Shown: positions 5,832 to 13,430 of the stretch, in pieces
How positions within the stretch are numbered: position 1 is the first letter of the stretch
Layout of the letters: every line of letters begins with the position of its first letter
Source of the DNA: a virus
Virus record (IMG/VR): IMGVR_UViG_3300028498_000027
Span: 1-36,703 of that record
DNA length: 36,703 bases
Direction: 5' to 3' (one strand)
Notes under the pieces: generated by a model
The model's database searches: none
What the model was told of the DNA's origin: nothing
What the model saw: only the letters and a program-made list of their open reading frames with translations
Program-made: the position numbers and the translations under genes

Positions 5832-6273
5832 ATTGCTCGCTGATTAAGCGAAATGACTCGATTCTTCTACTGCCTTTAAATCTGTTTATTTCCATCTGAT
5901 AACCTTCTTTTCTAATTCTGTGCATCAAGGTGATAGCTGGCTTACGGTCTAAACTTAAACTGTCAATGCGTAAAAGCTCGTTGTTTAAAAACCTGCGCTT
6001 TATCTCGCCTGATTTTGATTTTGGGTTCGTGGCTGATACACGGTAGTCTTTAGGTTTTGAATCAATGACCAACTCGTCTTGCATATCTCTAACAGTCGGT
6101 ATCGACCAGACTAGCGGTCTTGCTGTGCAGTTTGGCTTGTAGCCCATGTCAGCTAAAATCGCTCGTACTGACGCTTGATTTCTAATGTGAGAAAATTCGC
6201 TATGGTCAATCTTGCCGTCTGCTATCTTTGCAGCAACTATCTTTTGAACCTTGTTGTAAAGTGGGTGTTTCAT
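5830..6273 (-). CDS. Hypothetical protein
   Basis: 147-aa ORF in the early-right operon, at the position of lambda cII. No motif recognised. Confidence 0.6.
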   Translation of the reverse strand: MKHPLYNKVQKIVAAKIADGKIDHSEFSHIRNQASVRAILADMGYKPNCTARPLVWSIPTVRDMQDELVIDSKPKDYRVSATNPKSKSGEIKRRFLNNELLRIDSLSLDRKPAITLMHRIRKEGYQMEINRFKGSRRIESFRLISEQ

Positions 6274-6275
6274 TA

Positions 6276-6503
6276 CTAAAGAACCTCGTTTGCTAAAATC
6301 CAGCCAATTAAAGACCGTCTGCGATATAGAGTTATCAGGTCTAGCTCATAATTTTCTTTTAATTCGATAAGTGCGTTTTTGGTCGTCTTATCGTTGAACC
6401 CTGCTGCTTTGAAGTCGTCCCTGCTTAGCACATAACCTTTTTTAAACTTATCGGCTATTGCGTCTATACGCTTACGCTTTCCTGTGTTCCTTTTATCAAT
6501 CAC
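6276..6503 (-). CDS. Hypothetical protein
   Basis: 75-aa basic ORF tightly packed with its neighbours. Confidence 0.55.
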   Translation of the reverse strand: MIDKRNTGKRKRIDAIADKFKKGYVLSRDDFKAAGFNDKTTKNALIELKENYELDLITLYRRRSLIGWILANEVL

Positions 6504-6685
6504 GATGCTCTCCTTGCTTTGCCATGTCCTACACTCCTTTTGTTGCGATTGTTGAAACTAAACACCTTGCCTGTATTGACCGCTTGCCTTGCACCGTGTT
6601 GTTTGTAAAACTCATCAATAGCGGCTTGGTCTGGACTTACCTTTGGGTATGTCGAACGCTTGTGTGCATTTCTCTCTTTTTTCAT
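6500..6685 (-). CDS. Hypothetical basic protein
   Basis: 61-aa ORF rich in Lys/Arg, with 4-nt overlaps at both ends. Confidence 0.5.
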   Translation of the reverse strand: MKKERNAHKRSTYPKVSPDQAAIDEFYKQHGARQAVNTGKVFSFNNRNKRSVGHGKARRAS

Positions 6686-6897
6686 ACCTGCCCCGCAAAA
6701 TGAATTAATGTGTAGATGGCCAGTGCTGCACAGGTGATTACAAAGACGACTGATTTAATGCTGTGCCAAAATTGAGCGTTGATGTCGCGTTTGCGCTGTC
6801 GTGCTGCTTCGTTGGCTTGCTTGACTTGATGCTGTGGTAGATGGTTTTTATCTGCATCTACGACTAGCTCCAAGTGTGTTGCGTGGTCACTTTTCAT
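6682..6897 (-). CDS. Hypothetical C-terminally anchored membrane protein
   Basis: The preferred start is ATG at 6897 (AAGGA SD), giving MKSDHATH... The track start is 6942. One C-terminal hydrophobic helix (VVFVITCAALAIYTLIHFA). Confidence 0.5.
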   Translation of the reverse strand: MKSDHATHLELVVDADKNHLPQHQVKQANEAARQRKRDINAQFWHSIKSVVFVITCAALAIYTLIHFAGQV

Positions 6898-7024
6898 TGC
6901 TGTCGTCCTTAATTGGTAATTCGTAAGTCTTGCCACCTGCAAACGTTATTGTTTCGCGCTGTGCTTGCATCATCTGAAAGTGTTGAATCTCACGCTCCCA
7001 GTCTGCTATTTCTTGCTCAGTCAT
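6887..7024 (-). CDS. Hypothetical 45-aa protein (below the ORF-track cut-off)
   Basis: My own translation is MTEQEIADWEREIQHFQMMQAQRETITFAGGKTYELPIKDDSNEK. The ATG lies within TATGACTGA, overlapping the Rha stop, and the 3' end overlaps the next ATG by 11 nt. It fills the 6898-7016 gap. Confidence 0.45.
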   Translation of the reverse strand: MTEQEIADWEREIQHFQMMQAQRETITFAGGKTYELPIKDDSNEK

Positions 7025-7505
7025 ATTTAAGCCCCAGTGTTAGTTGCATCTGATTCTTTATCTTCTGAATCATGCTGTTGTTTACCTTTTTATTCTTTTT
7101 GCGCTCAACCAAGCCTTTGCCGTGAAATGAACCCACAGAAAAGTCGTCGTTATCTTTTGTCTGCCAGTATTCAAGCTGCTTGGTTAATGACTTGTTTTGC
7201 TTTTCTAGGTAGATCCAGCGGTCTACAATGTCGGCTGTAAATTCAGGTGATAGCTGAGCAACGACAATCAAACTATCTCGCTTGGCTTTATCGCCACTGA
7301 ATACATAAATTTCGGTTTTGTAGGTTCTATTGTTTGCCTCTTTTAGCACGTTGCCCATTGGGGGTAATGCTATTAAGCCTCTAGCAGCAAGCCTTTCAAT
7401 ACTTTGTTTAACTTTGCTGTGATGACTGCCAGTGACAACTTCGATATCAAGACTCGTCATAGTTGCTGTATTGCTGCTAAATAAATCACTAAGTATTAAT
7501 TCCAT
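7017..7505 (-). CDS. Rha-family phage regulatory protein
   Basis: MTSLDIEVVTGSHHSKVKQSIERL matches the Rha N-terminal pattern (TSLEIAE.TGK.H..VLRDI). It is the second gene of the PR operon. Confidence 0.7.
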   Translation of the reverse strand: MELILSDLFSSNTATMTSLDIEVVTGSHHSKVKQSIERLAARGLIALPPMGNVLKEANNRTYKTEIYVFSGDKAKRDSLIVVAQLSPEFTADIVDRWIYLEKQNKSLTKQLEYWQTKDNDDFSVGSFHGKGLVERKKNKKVNNSMIQKIKNQMQLTLGLKYD

Positions 7506-7738
7506 TAGTACGCCTCCAGTTCTAACAATTCAGGGCATAAATCAGACGCTTTAATCTCGCCTCCAGTTAGCCTCTCCGCCTTCTGAGCATTTAAGCTACT
7601 CATGCCATGCTTTCCATTTACCCAGCCGTTAACAGTGCCCTGCTTTACATTTAGAGCCTCGGCTGTCTTATCTTGTGTTCCAAAGTACCTGACCAAACGG
7701 TATGCCGGTTCAAATACCTGATTTTCTATATTTTGCAT
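7505..7738 (-). CDS. cro: Cro/YdaS-like HTH repressor, first gene of the early-right operon
   Basis: The preferred start is ATG at 7738 (AGGAG SD, 5-nt spacing). The track start is GTG at 7744. HTH segment KTAEALNVKQGTVNGWVNG. It is divergent from the CI gene across a 124-bp operator region. Confidence 0.8.
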   Translation of the reverse strand: MQNIENQVFEPAYRLVRYFGTQDKTAEALNVKQGTVNGWVNGKHGMSSLNAQKAERLTGGEIKASDLCPELLELEAY

Positions 7739-7763
7739 AGTCACTCCTGTTTATCATTCGCTT

Positions 7764-7792
7764 AGTATATAGGTATACCTTTATTACGTCAA
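7764..7792 (-). promoter_or_regulatory. PR-like early-right promoter TTGACG-17 nt-TATACT
   Basis: On the minus strand the -35 is at 7792..7787 and the -10 at 7769..7764. The spacer contains the palindromic operator core AGGTATACCT. It lies about 20 nt upstream of the cro start. Confidence 0.7.
7767..7784. promoter_or_regulatory. Operator OR-a (ATATAGGTATACCTTTAT)
   Basis: Near-perfect 18-bp palindrome with the 10-bp perfect core AGGTATACCT. Related copies are at 7823, 8642 and 8667. Confidence 0.65.
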
Positions 7793-7814
7793 CTAGCAAA
7801 GTTAATTAAATACA

Positions 7815-7841
7815 TTGCATTAATATAGGTCTGCCTATAAT
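7815..7841 (+). promoter_or_regulatory. PRM-like promoter for the repressor gene, overlapping operator OR-b (7823..7840, ATATAGGTCTGCCTATAA)
   Basis: Consensus -10 TATAAT at 7836..7841, 27 nt upstream of the CI ATG. The only -35-like hexamer (TTGCAT, 7815..7820) has a short 15-nt spacer, so the promoter may be weak or depend on an activator. Confidence 0.45.
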
Positions 7842-7868
7842 ATAAAGTTATAACCGATGGAGGCGACA

Positions 7869-8558
7869 ATGGAACTTAAAGACAGATTGAAGCGCGCTAG
7901 AAAAAACGCTGGATTAACTCAAAAAGATATTGAGAAGAATATCCCTAATATGAAACAGTCTACTTATAGTGAGCTAGAGAGAGGCTTGAGCAAAAGCACT
8001 TCGCGTATTGTTGACTTGGCTAGTTTGTTTAAAGTCAACCCTGAATGGCTTGCTACTGGCGAAGGAGAGATGGCTGCCAGTAACAAGCTGAGCGATTATG
8101 TTGTTGTTGGCAACGAGAATCAAAAAGCAAGTAATGATGACTATGTGATGATTGACCAGTACGACGTGGCAGGTAGCTGCGGCAGTGGTGCATTAATAGG
8201 TGATGTAACAGTAAAGGGCGGCTTAGCTTTTAAGCGCGACTGGATTAATGCGATGAATGTTGATAGCAAAAACCTAGCGACTATCTATGCTCAAGGCGAC
8301 TCTATGTCACCAACTATTGAAGATGGTCAGGTGCTGTTGGTCGATAAGTCAGCCATACAACCACAATCAACCAAGATTTATATCATCTGCATTGATGGCC
8401 AGCTATACATTAAGCGCCTTGTTAATCTATATGATAAATGGGTTATGCGCTCAGATAATGCCGACAAATCAAGTTATCCGGATATTGAGATTAGTGCTGA
8501 TACAATGAGCGAAGTAGATGTGCAAGGTCGCATTGTTTGGCAAGCTGGCATACTCTAA
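7869..8558 (+). CDS. cI: CI-like prophage repressor (HTH_XRE plus S24 LexA-type self-cleaving peptidase)
   Basis: The preferred start is ATG at 7869 (GGAGG SD, 5-nt spacing). HTH LTQKDIEKNIPNMKQSTYSELERG, candidate Ala-Gly cleavage site in YDVAGSCG, catalytic Ser in GDSMSPT and Lys in YIKRL. Confidence 0.92.
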   Translation: MELKDRLKRARKNAGLTQKDIEKNIPNMKQSTYSELERGLSKSTSRIVDLASLFKVNPEWLATGEGEMAASNKLSDYVVVGNENQKASNDDYVMIDQYDVAGSCGSGALIGDVTVKGGLAFKRDWINAMNVDSKNLATIYAQGDSMSPTIEDGQVLLVDKSAIQPQSTKIYIICIDGQLYIKRLVNLYDKWVMRSDNADKSSYPDIEISADTMSEVDVQGRIVWQAGIL

Positions 8559-8574
8559 ACCCTTATAGAAAAAG

Positions 8575-8601
8575 AAACCCACCATTTGAGTGGGTTTTTT
8601 T
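8575..8601 (+). terminator. Intrinsic terminator after the repressor gene
   Basis: 8-bp stem AAACCCAC-CATTTGA-GTGGGTTT followed by a T run through 8601. Confidence 0.85.
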
Positions 8602-8641
8602 ACGTCTGCTGATAATGGTAAGTTGATATTATTTTAAATAA

Positions 8642-8659
8642 ATATCGGTATGCCTGTTG
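8642..8659. promoter_or_regulatory. Operator OL-b (ATATCGGTATGCCTGTTG), overlapping the PL -35
   Basis: It shares the GGTATGCCT core with the other three operator copies. Confidence 0.55.
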
Positions 8660-8685
8660 ACTTATAATAAAGGTATGCCTATAAT
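8657..8685 (+). promoter_or_regulatory. PL-like early-left promoter TTGACT-17 nt-TATAAT, with operator OL-a (8667..8684, ATAAAGGTATGCCTATAA) in the spacer
   Basis: Near-consensus hexamers at 8657..8662 and 8680..8685. The sequence GTTGAC.TA.TAAAGGTAT.CCTAT is shared, in inverted orientation, with the PR candidate. Confidence 0.75.
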
Positions 8686-8799
8686 ACACACATCGCAAGG
8701 CAAAACGCAGACGATGCAGCGATACCAAATTCAAGACAGCAAAAAGCCCTGCAATCCGACCAAAGACATACAGGGCTATTCACTTACTAAGGAATGATT

Positions 8800-9819
8800 A
8801 TGACAGAAAAAGCACTAAGTATCATTATTCAGCGTGAAGATTTACCGCAACTGTTTGGCAAGCGCGTAGAGAGCCAAGCAGCAATTGAAGAAGTTATCAG
8901 CAAGATTGAAACCGAATCGCGCTCAATCACTTTTGATATTAACACCAAAGACGGTCAAGCAACTTGCCGCTCATTGGCTGCCAAGATTGCTAGTGCCAAG
9001 TCTACGCTAGACAAGGCAGGCAAAGCCAAAAAGGACGAATACACCGTCACTACCAAGTTAATTGATGCTGACCGCAATCTTGCTAAGAGCCGATTGCAGG
9101 CGCTACAAGATGAAATCAGACAGCCACTGACTGAGCTTGAGCAACGAGAAGCACAGCGCAAGGCACGGCATGAAGCAAACCTAGCTGCATTAATTGATTT
9201 TACCGACCTTGTAGGCGCTCATAGCTCAGCTATTAGCGAGCGCATCAATACCCTGCAAGACAAAGTTATCGGTGACGACTGGGAAGAATATAAAGCTGAG
9301 GCGCTAGAAGCCAAAGACTGCACACTCAAAGCCTTACGCACTGAGTTTGAAATGGTTAAGCAGCGCGAAGATGAACAGGCAGAGCTTGCAAGATTAAGAG
9401 CTGAACAAGCCCAACGTGAGCAGCAAGAGCGTGAAGAACGTATTGCTCAAGAGGCAACCGCTAAAGCCAAGGCTGACGCAGAACGACAGGCGCAGCAAGT
9501 AGCACAAGAGGCAGAACGTAAAGAGCGTGAACAGCAAGAACGTGAAGCAAGATTGATTGCTGAGAAAGAAGCGGCTGAGCTAAGAGCTAAGCAACAAGTT
9601 ATTGATGCTGCCAAGCGCGAACGTGAAGCTATCGAAGCAGAACGATTAGAGGCTGAGCGACTAGAGGCTAAGCGCCAAGCCGACAAAAAACATCGTGAGG
9701 CTGTTTTCTTTAAAGCAAAAGATGACTTGGTGGCAGGTGGAATTGATGAGGAAACCGCCAAAGCGGTCATCAAGCTAATTCATGCAAACAAAGTTAGCAA
9801 CGTGACTATCAAATTCTAG
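8800..9819 (+). CDS. Hypothetical coiled-coil protein (possibly DUF1351-like)
   Basis: The preferred start is ATG at 8800 (AAGGA SD, 6-nt spacing). The central part is a long E/R/A/Q heptad-like region (EQAQREQQEREERIAQEATAKAKADAERQ...). It is the first gene of the PL operon. Confidence 0.6.
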   Translation: MTEKALSIIIQREDLPQLFGKRVESQAAIEEVISKIETESRSITFDINTKDGQATCRSLAAKIASAKSTLDKAGKAKKDEYTVTTKLIDADRNLAKSRLQALQDEIRQPLTELEQREAQRKARHEANLAALIDFTDLVGAHSSAISERINTLQDKVIGDDWEEYKAEALEAKDCTLKALRTEFEMVKQREDEQAELARLRAEQAQREQQEREERIAQEATAKAKADAERQAQQVAQEAERKEREQQEREARLIAEKEAAELRAKQQVIDAAKREREAIEAERLEAERLEAKRQADKKHREAVFFKAKDDLVAGGIDEETAKAVIKLIHANKVSNVTIKF

Positions 9820-9827
9820 GCAATAAA

Positions 9828-9860
9828 AAGCCGCCAATGTCTGGACAACGGTGGCGGCTT
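9828..9860 (+). terminator. GC-rich hairpin, weak or possible terminator
   Basis: 8-9-bp stem AGCCGCCA-(15-nt loop)-TGGCGGCT, but it is followed by ACTTAAC rather than a T run. Confidence 0.3.
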
Positions 9861-9881
9861 ACTTAACAAAGCGAGGACATT

Positions 9882-10226
9882 ATGACAGACATTATCAGAT
9901 TAGACAATGACGCTGACCATGAAATCAGCGATTGCGGCACAAGCGGTACGGTTTATATCGCAATGCCGAACGACGTGTCAGTTGAGATTTACTTTGAGAC
10001 TGACAGCAATCAGAACATCAACCTACTGAGCGTAGGTGACTGCTACCAAGAGATTGACGGTATCAGTGAGGACTACGCTTACACGCTGCAATTCGAGCAT
10101 GAGCAGCCATTTAAGGCGGTTATTAACCAGTTTCTACGTGATAACCCAGTTGATGATAGCGAGCCTTGTGAGTACGACACGATGCAGTCGCTAGGCTTTA
10201 CCAACTCAGACTTTTTATACGGATAA
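9882..10226 (+). CDS. Hypothetical acidic early protein
   Basis: 114-aa ORF with a GAGGA SD, rich in Asp/Glu. No motif recognised. Confidence 0.6.
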   Translation: MTDIIRLDNDADHEISDCGTSGTVYIAMPNDVSVEIYFETDSNQNINLLSVGDCYQEIDGISEDYAYTLQFEHEQPFKAVINQFLRDNPVDDSEPCEYDTMQSLGFTNSDFLYG

Positions 10227-10236
10227 GGAGAGCGTC

Positions 10237-10503
10237 ATGTTAGAGACAATCAGAATCGAAAGCAAAGACATTAAAAGCAACTATACGTGCGCGGTCATCT
10301 TGACGTTTGAGTGTGTAGAGTTTGATGCGAATAGCTTTGATGATAGCTACTGTGTGCTTCATAGAGTGCAGTTAGAGCCTACTGAGTACGGTAGCTTGCT
10401 GCTAGACGTACCACTTGATGATAGCGATGTTAGAGAGCATTTTGAGGATCTGCTTAGCAGTCACCAGTTTGGGTACGACGTTAAAACGGCGGTGGCAGCA
10501 TGA
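10237..10503 (+). CDS. Hypothetical acidic early protein
   Basis: 88-aa ORF with an AAGGAGAG SD. Confidence 0.6.
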   Translation: MLETIRIESKDIKSNYTCAVILTFECVEFDANSFDDSYCVLHRVQLEPTEYGSLLLDVPLDDSDVREHFEDLLSSHQFGYDVKTAVAA

Positions 10504-10802
10504 GTATAAAGGATAGCAACCCACTAATCGTTGGCTGTAATTACCGTTACACCACGCAAGGCACTAGAAACGCCCACTTCATGCTGATTGATTTGAATTT
10601 TAACTCAGGCATGGCAAGGCTTGTAACTCGCAAATCAAAAAAGGATTTTTGGAAACCGATTGACCAGTTGATTTATATCAACAATGAAAATAATGATCGC
10701 AAAGCAAAGCGTCTTGAAAATGACGGTATAGAGTATTTGCAATCATTAATCGGCCACAAACACGCCCAGAACTGGGCTGATAGATTGGAGGTGTCAAAAT
10801 GA
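10500..10802 (+). CDS. Hypothetical protein
   Basis: 100-aa ORF with an ATGA start/stop overlap. Confidence 0.55.
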   Translation: MSIKDSNPLIVGCNYRYTTQGTRNAHFMLIDLNFNSGMARLVTRKSKKDFWKPIDQLIYINNENNDRKAKRLENDGIEYLQSLIGHKHAQNWADRLEVSK

Positions 10803-11047
10803 GATGGATTTTATTCACATCAGCATGGTTTTTTATTGGCATGTTCGTCACGCATCAGGCACTTGCCGACACGGTTATCATTGACAACAAAGAGTTCCAA
10901 GTGGTCGAAATAGACGGTCAATTGCTTGTGAGCAACGAGTGGGAGCCGACTACGATTGACGGCTATACGGACGAGTATTTGCAGTCTGAGCAGTATCAGA
11001 CGGTTAAGGTTGCGAATGAGAGCCTACGCAGAATCAAACAAAGATAA
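10799..11047 (+). CDS. Hypothetical small exported or membrane-anchored protein
   Basis: 82 aa with a GGAGG SD. The N-terminal hydrophobic segment ILFTSAWFFIGMFVTHQALA looks like a signal peptide or anchor. Confidence 0.55.
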   Translation: MRWILFTSAWFFIGMFVTHQALADTVIIDNKEFQVVEIDGQLLVSNEWEPTTIDGYTDEYLQSEQYQTVKVANESLRRIKQR

Positions 11048-11058
11048 GGAATAAGACG

Positions 11059-11859
11059 ATGAGTAATCAAAATACAGACGGTTTAAGCAACCAAATAGCA
11101 GTAATGGCTGAAAAACTAAGCATGAAAAACGTAAGCAATGAGAGCTTGCAAGCAACTTTATTGAACACGGTTTTTAAAGGCGCGAATTACGATCAGCTTG
11201 TGTCACTCGTGATTGTCGCTAATCAGTATGGTTTAAACCCATTCACTAAAGAAATTTACGCCTTTCCAAGCAAAGGCAGTATAACCCCTATTGTGTCGGT
11301 TGATGGTTGGTCGAGAATTATTAACGACAATCCGCAATGTGACGGCATACAGTTTGAGCAAGATGACGTAAGCGCCACTTGCAAGATTTACCGCAAGGAC
11401 AGAACGCACCCAACTATCGTTACTGAGTATCTGTCCGAATGTGAAATGACCAATAGTCCAGTTTGGAAAAAATACCCTAAACGCATGTTGCGCCATAAAG
11501 CATTGATTCAATGCGCCAGGATAGCGTTTGGTTTTAGCGGTATCTATGACGAAGATGAAGCACAGCGCATCAATAACGGTCAAGCGAATGTCATGAAGGA
11601 CGTTGAGCCAGTAGATGACGGCTATGAAGACTTCTTTATTGAAACACATGCAAAGTTAAGACAAGCCGCTGAAAAAGGTACTGACAGTCTTATAAAAGCA
11701 CATAAGTTTTTAACAGAATCAGGCGATAAAGAGCATGTTAAGCGTTACTGGTCTGACCAAAGTGCAAACCTAAAAGAAATCGCACAGCAAGCAGATATTG
11801 ACAATGCAGAACAAATAGATGATGCGGAGGTGGTCGATGAACCTACTACAGAGGCATGA
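11059..11859 (+). CDS. recT: RecT-family single-strand annealing protein
   Basis: 266 aa. It contains LNPFTKEIYAFP, IVSVDGWSRI and KKYPKRMLRHKALIQCARIAFGFSGIYDEDE, which match conserved RecT blocks. Confidence 0.9.
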   Translation: MSNQNTDGLSNQIAVMAEKLSMKNVSNESLQATLLNTVFKGANYDQLVSLVIVANQYGLNPFTKEIYAFPSKGSITPIVSVDGWSRIINDNPQCDGIQFEQDDVSATCKIYRKDRTHPTIVTEYLSECEMTNSPVWKKYPKRMLRHKALIQCARIAFGFSGIYDEDEAQRINNGQANVMKDVEPVDDGYEDFFIETHAKLRQAAEKGTDSLIKAHKFLTESGDKEHVKRYWSDQSANLKEIAQQADIDNAEQIDDAEVVDEPTTEA

Positions 11860-12460
11860 TGAATGGCTCGCTGACAGGGTTGGCAAGATAACTGCCAGCC
11901 GTGTCAAAGGTATTGATGCCAAGCCCCAAAAGGGCAAGGCATTGAACCGAACCATGATAGAGCTATTGGTTGAAAGGCTGACTGGTGAAGTTGAAGACAG
12001 GTATATCAATGCAGCAATGCAATGGGGCATTGACCACGAGCCTGATGCAATCGCAAGCTATGAAAACATCACTGGTGAGTTTGTCGTTGGCTGTGGATTG
12101 ATTGACCACCCTACTATCTCAATGAGTGGTGCAAGTCCTGACGGTCTAATTGGCAAAGATGGATTGCTTGAAGCTAAGTGTCCGAACCGCGAAACGCACA
12201 TGAATACGATATTGACGCAGGAAGTGCCTGACGAATACATGCCGCAAATTACATGGCAGTTGGCTTGCACTGGTCGCAAGTGGTGTGACTTTGTTAGTTA
12301 TGATCCACGATTCAGTGAAAACCTGCAAACCGTCATTATCCGTGTGCATGTTGCTGACGTTGATATTGAAGCAATCGAAAACGATGTTGCAGCTTGCAAT
12401 GCTAAATTAAACCAAGTGATAGAAAATTTAACCAAAACTAAAGAGAGAGAAACAGCATGA
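11837..12460 (+). CDS. YqaJ/lambda-Exo-like recombination exonuclease (PD-(D/E)XK)
   Basis: The preferred start is ATG at 11837 (GGAGG SD, 6-nt spacing). It contains GKITASRV, WGIDHEPDA and SPDGLI...LLEAKCP motifs. It is the partner of the upstream RecT. Confidence 0.85.
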   Translation: MNLLQRHDEWLADRVGKITASRVKGIDAKPQKGKALNRTMIELLVERLTGEVEDRYINAAMQWGIDHEPDAIASYENITGEFVVGCGLIDHPTISMSGASPDGLIGKDGLLEAKCPNRETHMNTILTQEVPDEYMPQITWQLACTGRKWCDFVSYDPRFSENLQTVIIRVHVADVDIEAIENDVAACNAKLNQVIENLTKTKERETA

Positions 12461-12981
12461 GCTTTAACAAACCAGGTCGCTTAACTCGTGACGTAGAAGT
12501 AAGACAAACAAACTCAGGTGTGTCGGTTGCTAATATCGGTATCGCTGTTGACCACGGTTACGGTGACAACAAAGGCACGATGTTTATTGATTGCTCACTA
12601 TGGGGCAAACAAGCGGAAGGTGGATTGATTAAGTTTTTGCGTAAAGGTCGTTTGATTTATGTCGAAGGCGAACTAGGCGAAAAAGAATACAACGGTAAAA
12701 AGTCGTTGACGCTGAATATTAGTCACATCGATCCGTTATTCAACAAGAATGAAAGTATTGATAACGAGATTAACGGTGGCGGTCAGCAAGGCTATCAGCA
12801 GCCGTCTAACAATCAGCAAGCGCCTAGCAACTACGCACAGCAGCAAGCGAACAAGGCGCAGGGTATGCAAGGACAGGTTAATAACCAGTTTGCACAGCAG
12901 AACCAAGGCTTTAACAATCAGATGAGCAACCAACCGCACAATGGCGCACCTCAACCGCCATCGGACGACGTGCCTTTTTAG
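12457..12981 (+). CDS. ssb: Single-stranded DNA-binding protein
   Basis: N-terminal OB-fold pattern (RLTRDVEVRQTNSG..VANIGIAV...LWGKQAE), a Q/N/G-rich linker and the acidic C-terminal tip DDVPF. Confidence 0.9.
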   Translation: MSFNKPGRLTRDVEVRQTNSGVSVANIGIAVDHGYGDNKGTMFIDCSLWGKQAEGGLIKFLRKGRLIYVEGELGEKEYNGKKSLTLNISHIDPLFNKNESIDNEINGGGQQGYQQPSNNQQAPSNYAQQQANKAQGMQGQVNNQFAQQNQGFNNQMSNQPHNGAPQPPSDDVPF

Positions 12982-13169
12982 TACCAGTTAAACCCTGCAT
13001 CGGGGCTAATAGATGCCGTTATCGTAAGCAGTGACGCATAACACTTACAGCCAAGATTGACATTCCTTACGTGTGATGCTCGACATATCGCATGTGCTTT
13101 GAAAAAGCAGTCGAGGCAAGGCCGTTAGTCCACGATACGGACACCTATTTACTAATGAGGATAATAAGA

Positions 13170-13430
13170 ATGAGCAAGAGTACGTCAGACCTATGCGACA
13201 CCCTATTTGATTTAATGATGGAAATCAGAAACAACATAGACGATGAAGCCCATGCAAGATTGGTCGATTCAGCCAATGCAATACTACCTATTGCAGCCCA
13301 ATACACCGACATTAAGCGCACCGAAAACGAGCGTTACAATGCGGTCAACAAGCGCGGTGAGATACTATCGAGAATTGCACCAGAGGAAACTGTAAAGGCG
13401 TTTACGGTTAAGGTTGTTGAGCATGGCTAA
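13170..13430 (+). CDS. Hypothetical protein
   Basis: The preferred start is ATG at 13170 (GAGGA SD), giving MSKSTSDL... The track start at 13092 lacks an SD. Confidence 0.5.
   Translation: MSKSTSDLCDTLFDLMMEIRNNIDDEAHARLVDSANAILPIAAQYTDIKRTENERYNAVNKRGEILSRIAPEETVKAFTVKVVEHG

Noticed and set aside
8713-8796. A 27-codon ORF (MQRYQIQDSKKPCNPTKDIQGYSLTKE) in the PL leader that could be a leader peptide, and nearby hairpins that could be nut/put-like antitermination elements.
   Set aside because: There is no SD upstream of its ATG and I recognise no boxA/boxB or put-like consensus. The evidence is too weak to report as a feature.
9447-9773. A 108-aa minus-strand ORF rich in Ser/Ala/Arg, and another at 8955-9161.
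   Set aside because: They are antisense images of the GAA/GCA/CGT-rich coiled-coil coding region of the 8800-9819 gene, a typical artefact of repetitive codon usage.
11233-11649. A 138-aa minus-strand ORF inside recT, and others at 11770-12030, 12058-12279 and 12146-12349.
   Set aside because: They are embedded antisense to confidently identified RecT and exonuclease genes and have no start-site signals.
13057-13090. A consensus -35 hexamer TTGACA suggesting an internal promoter in the ssb-downstream gap.
   Set aside because: No acceptable -10 lies at 16-18 nt. The nearest candidates, GATGCT and CATATC, are mis-spaced.
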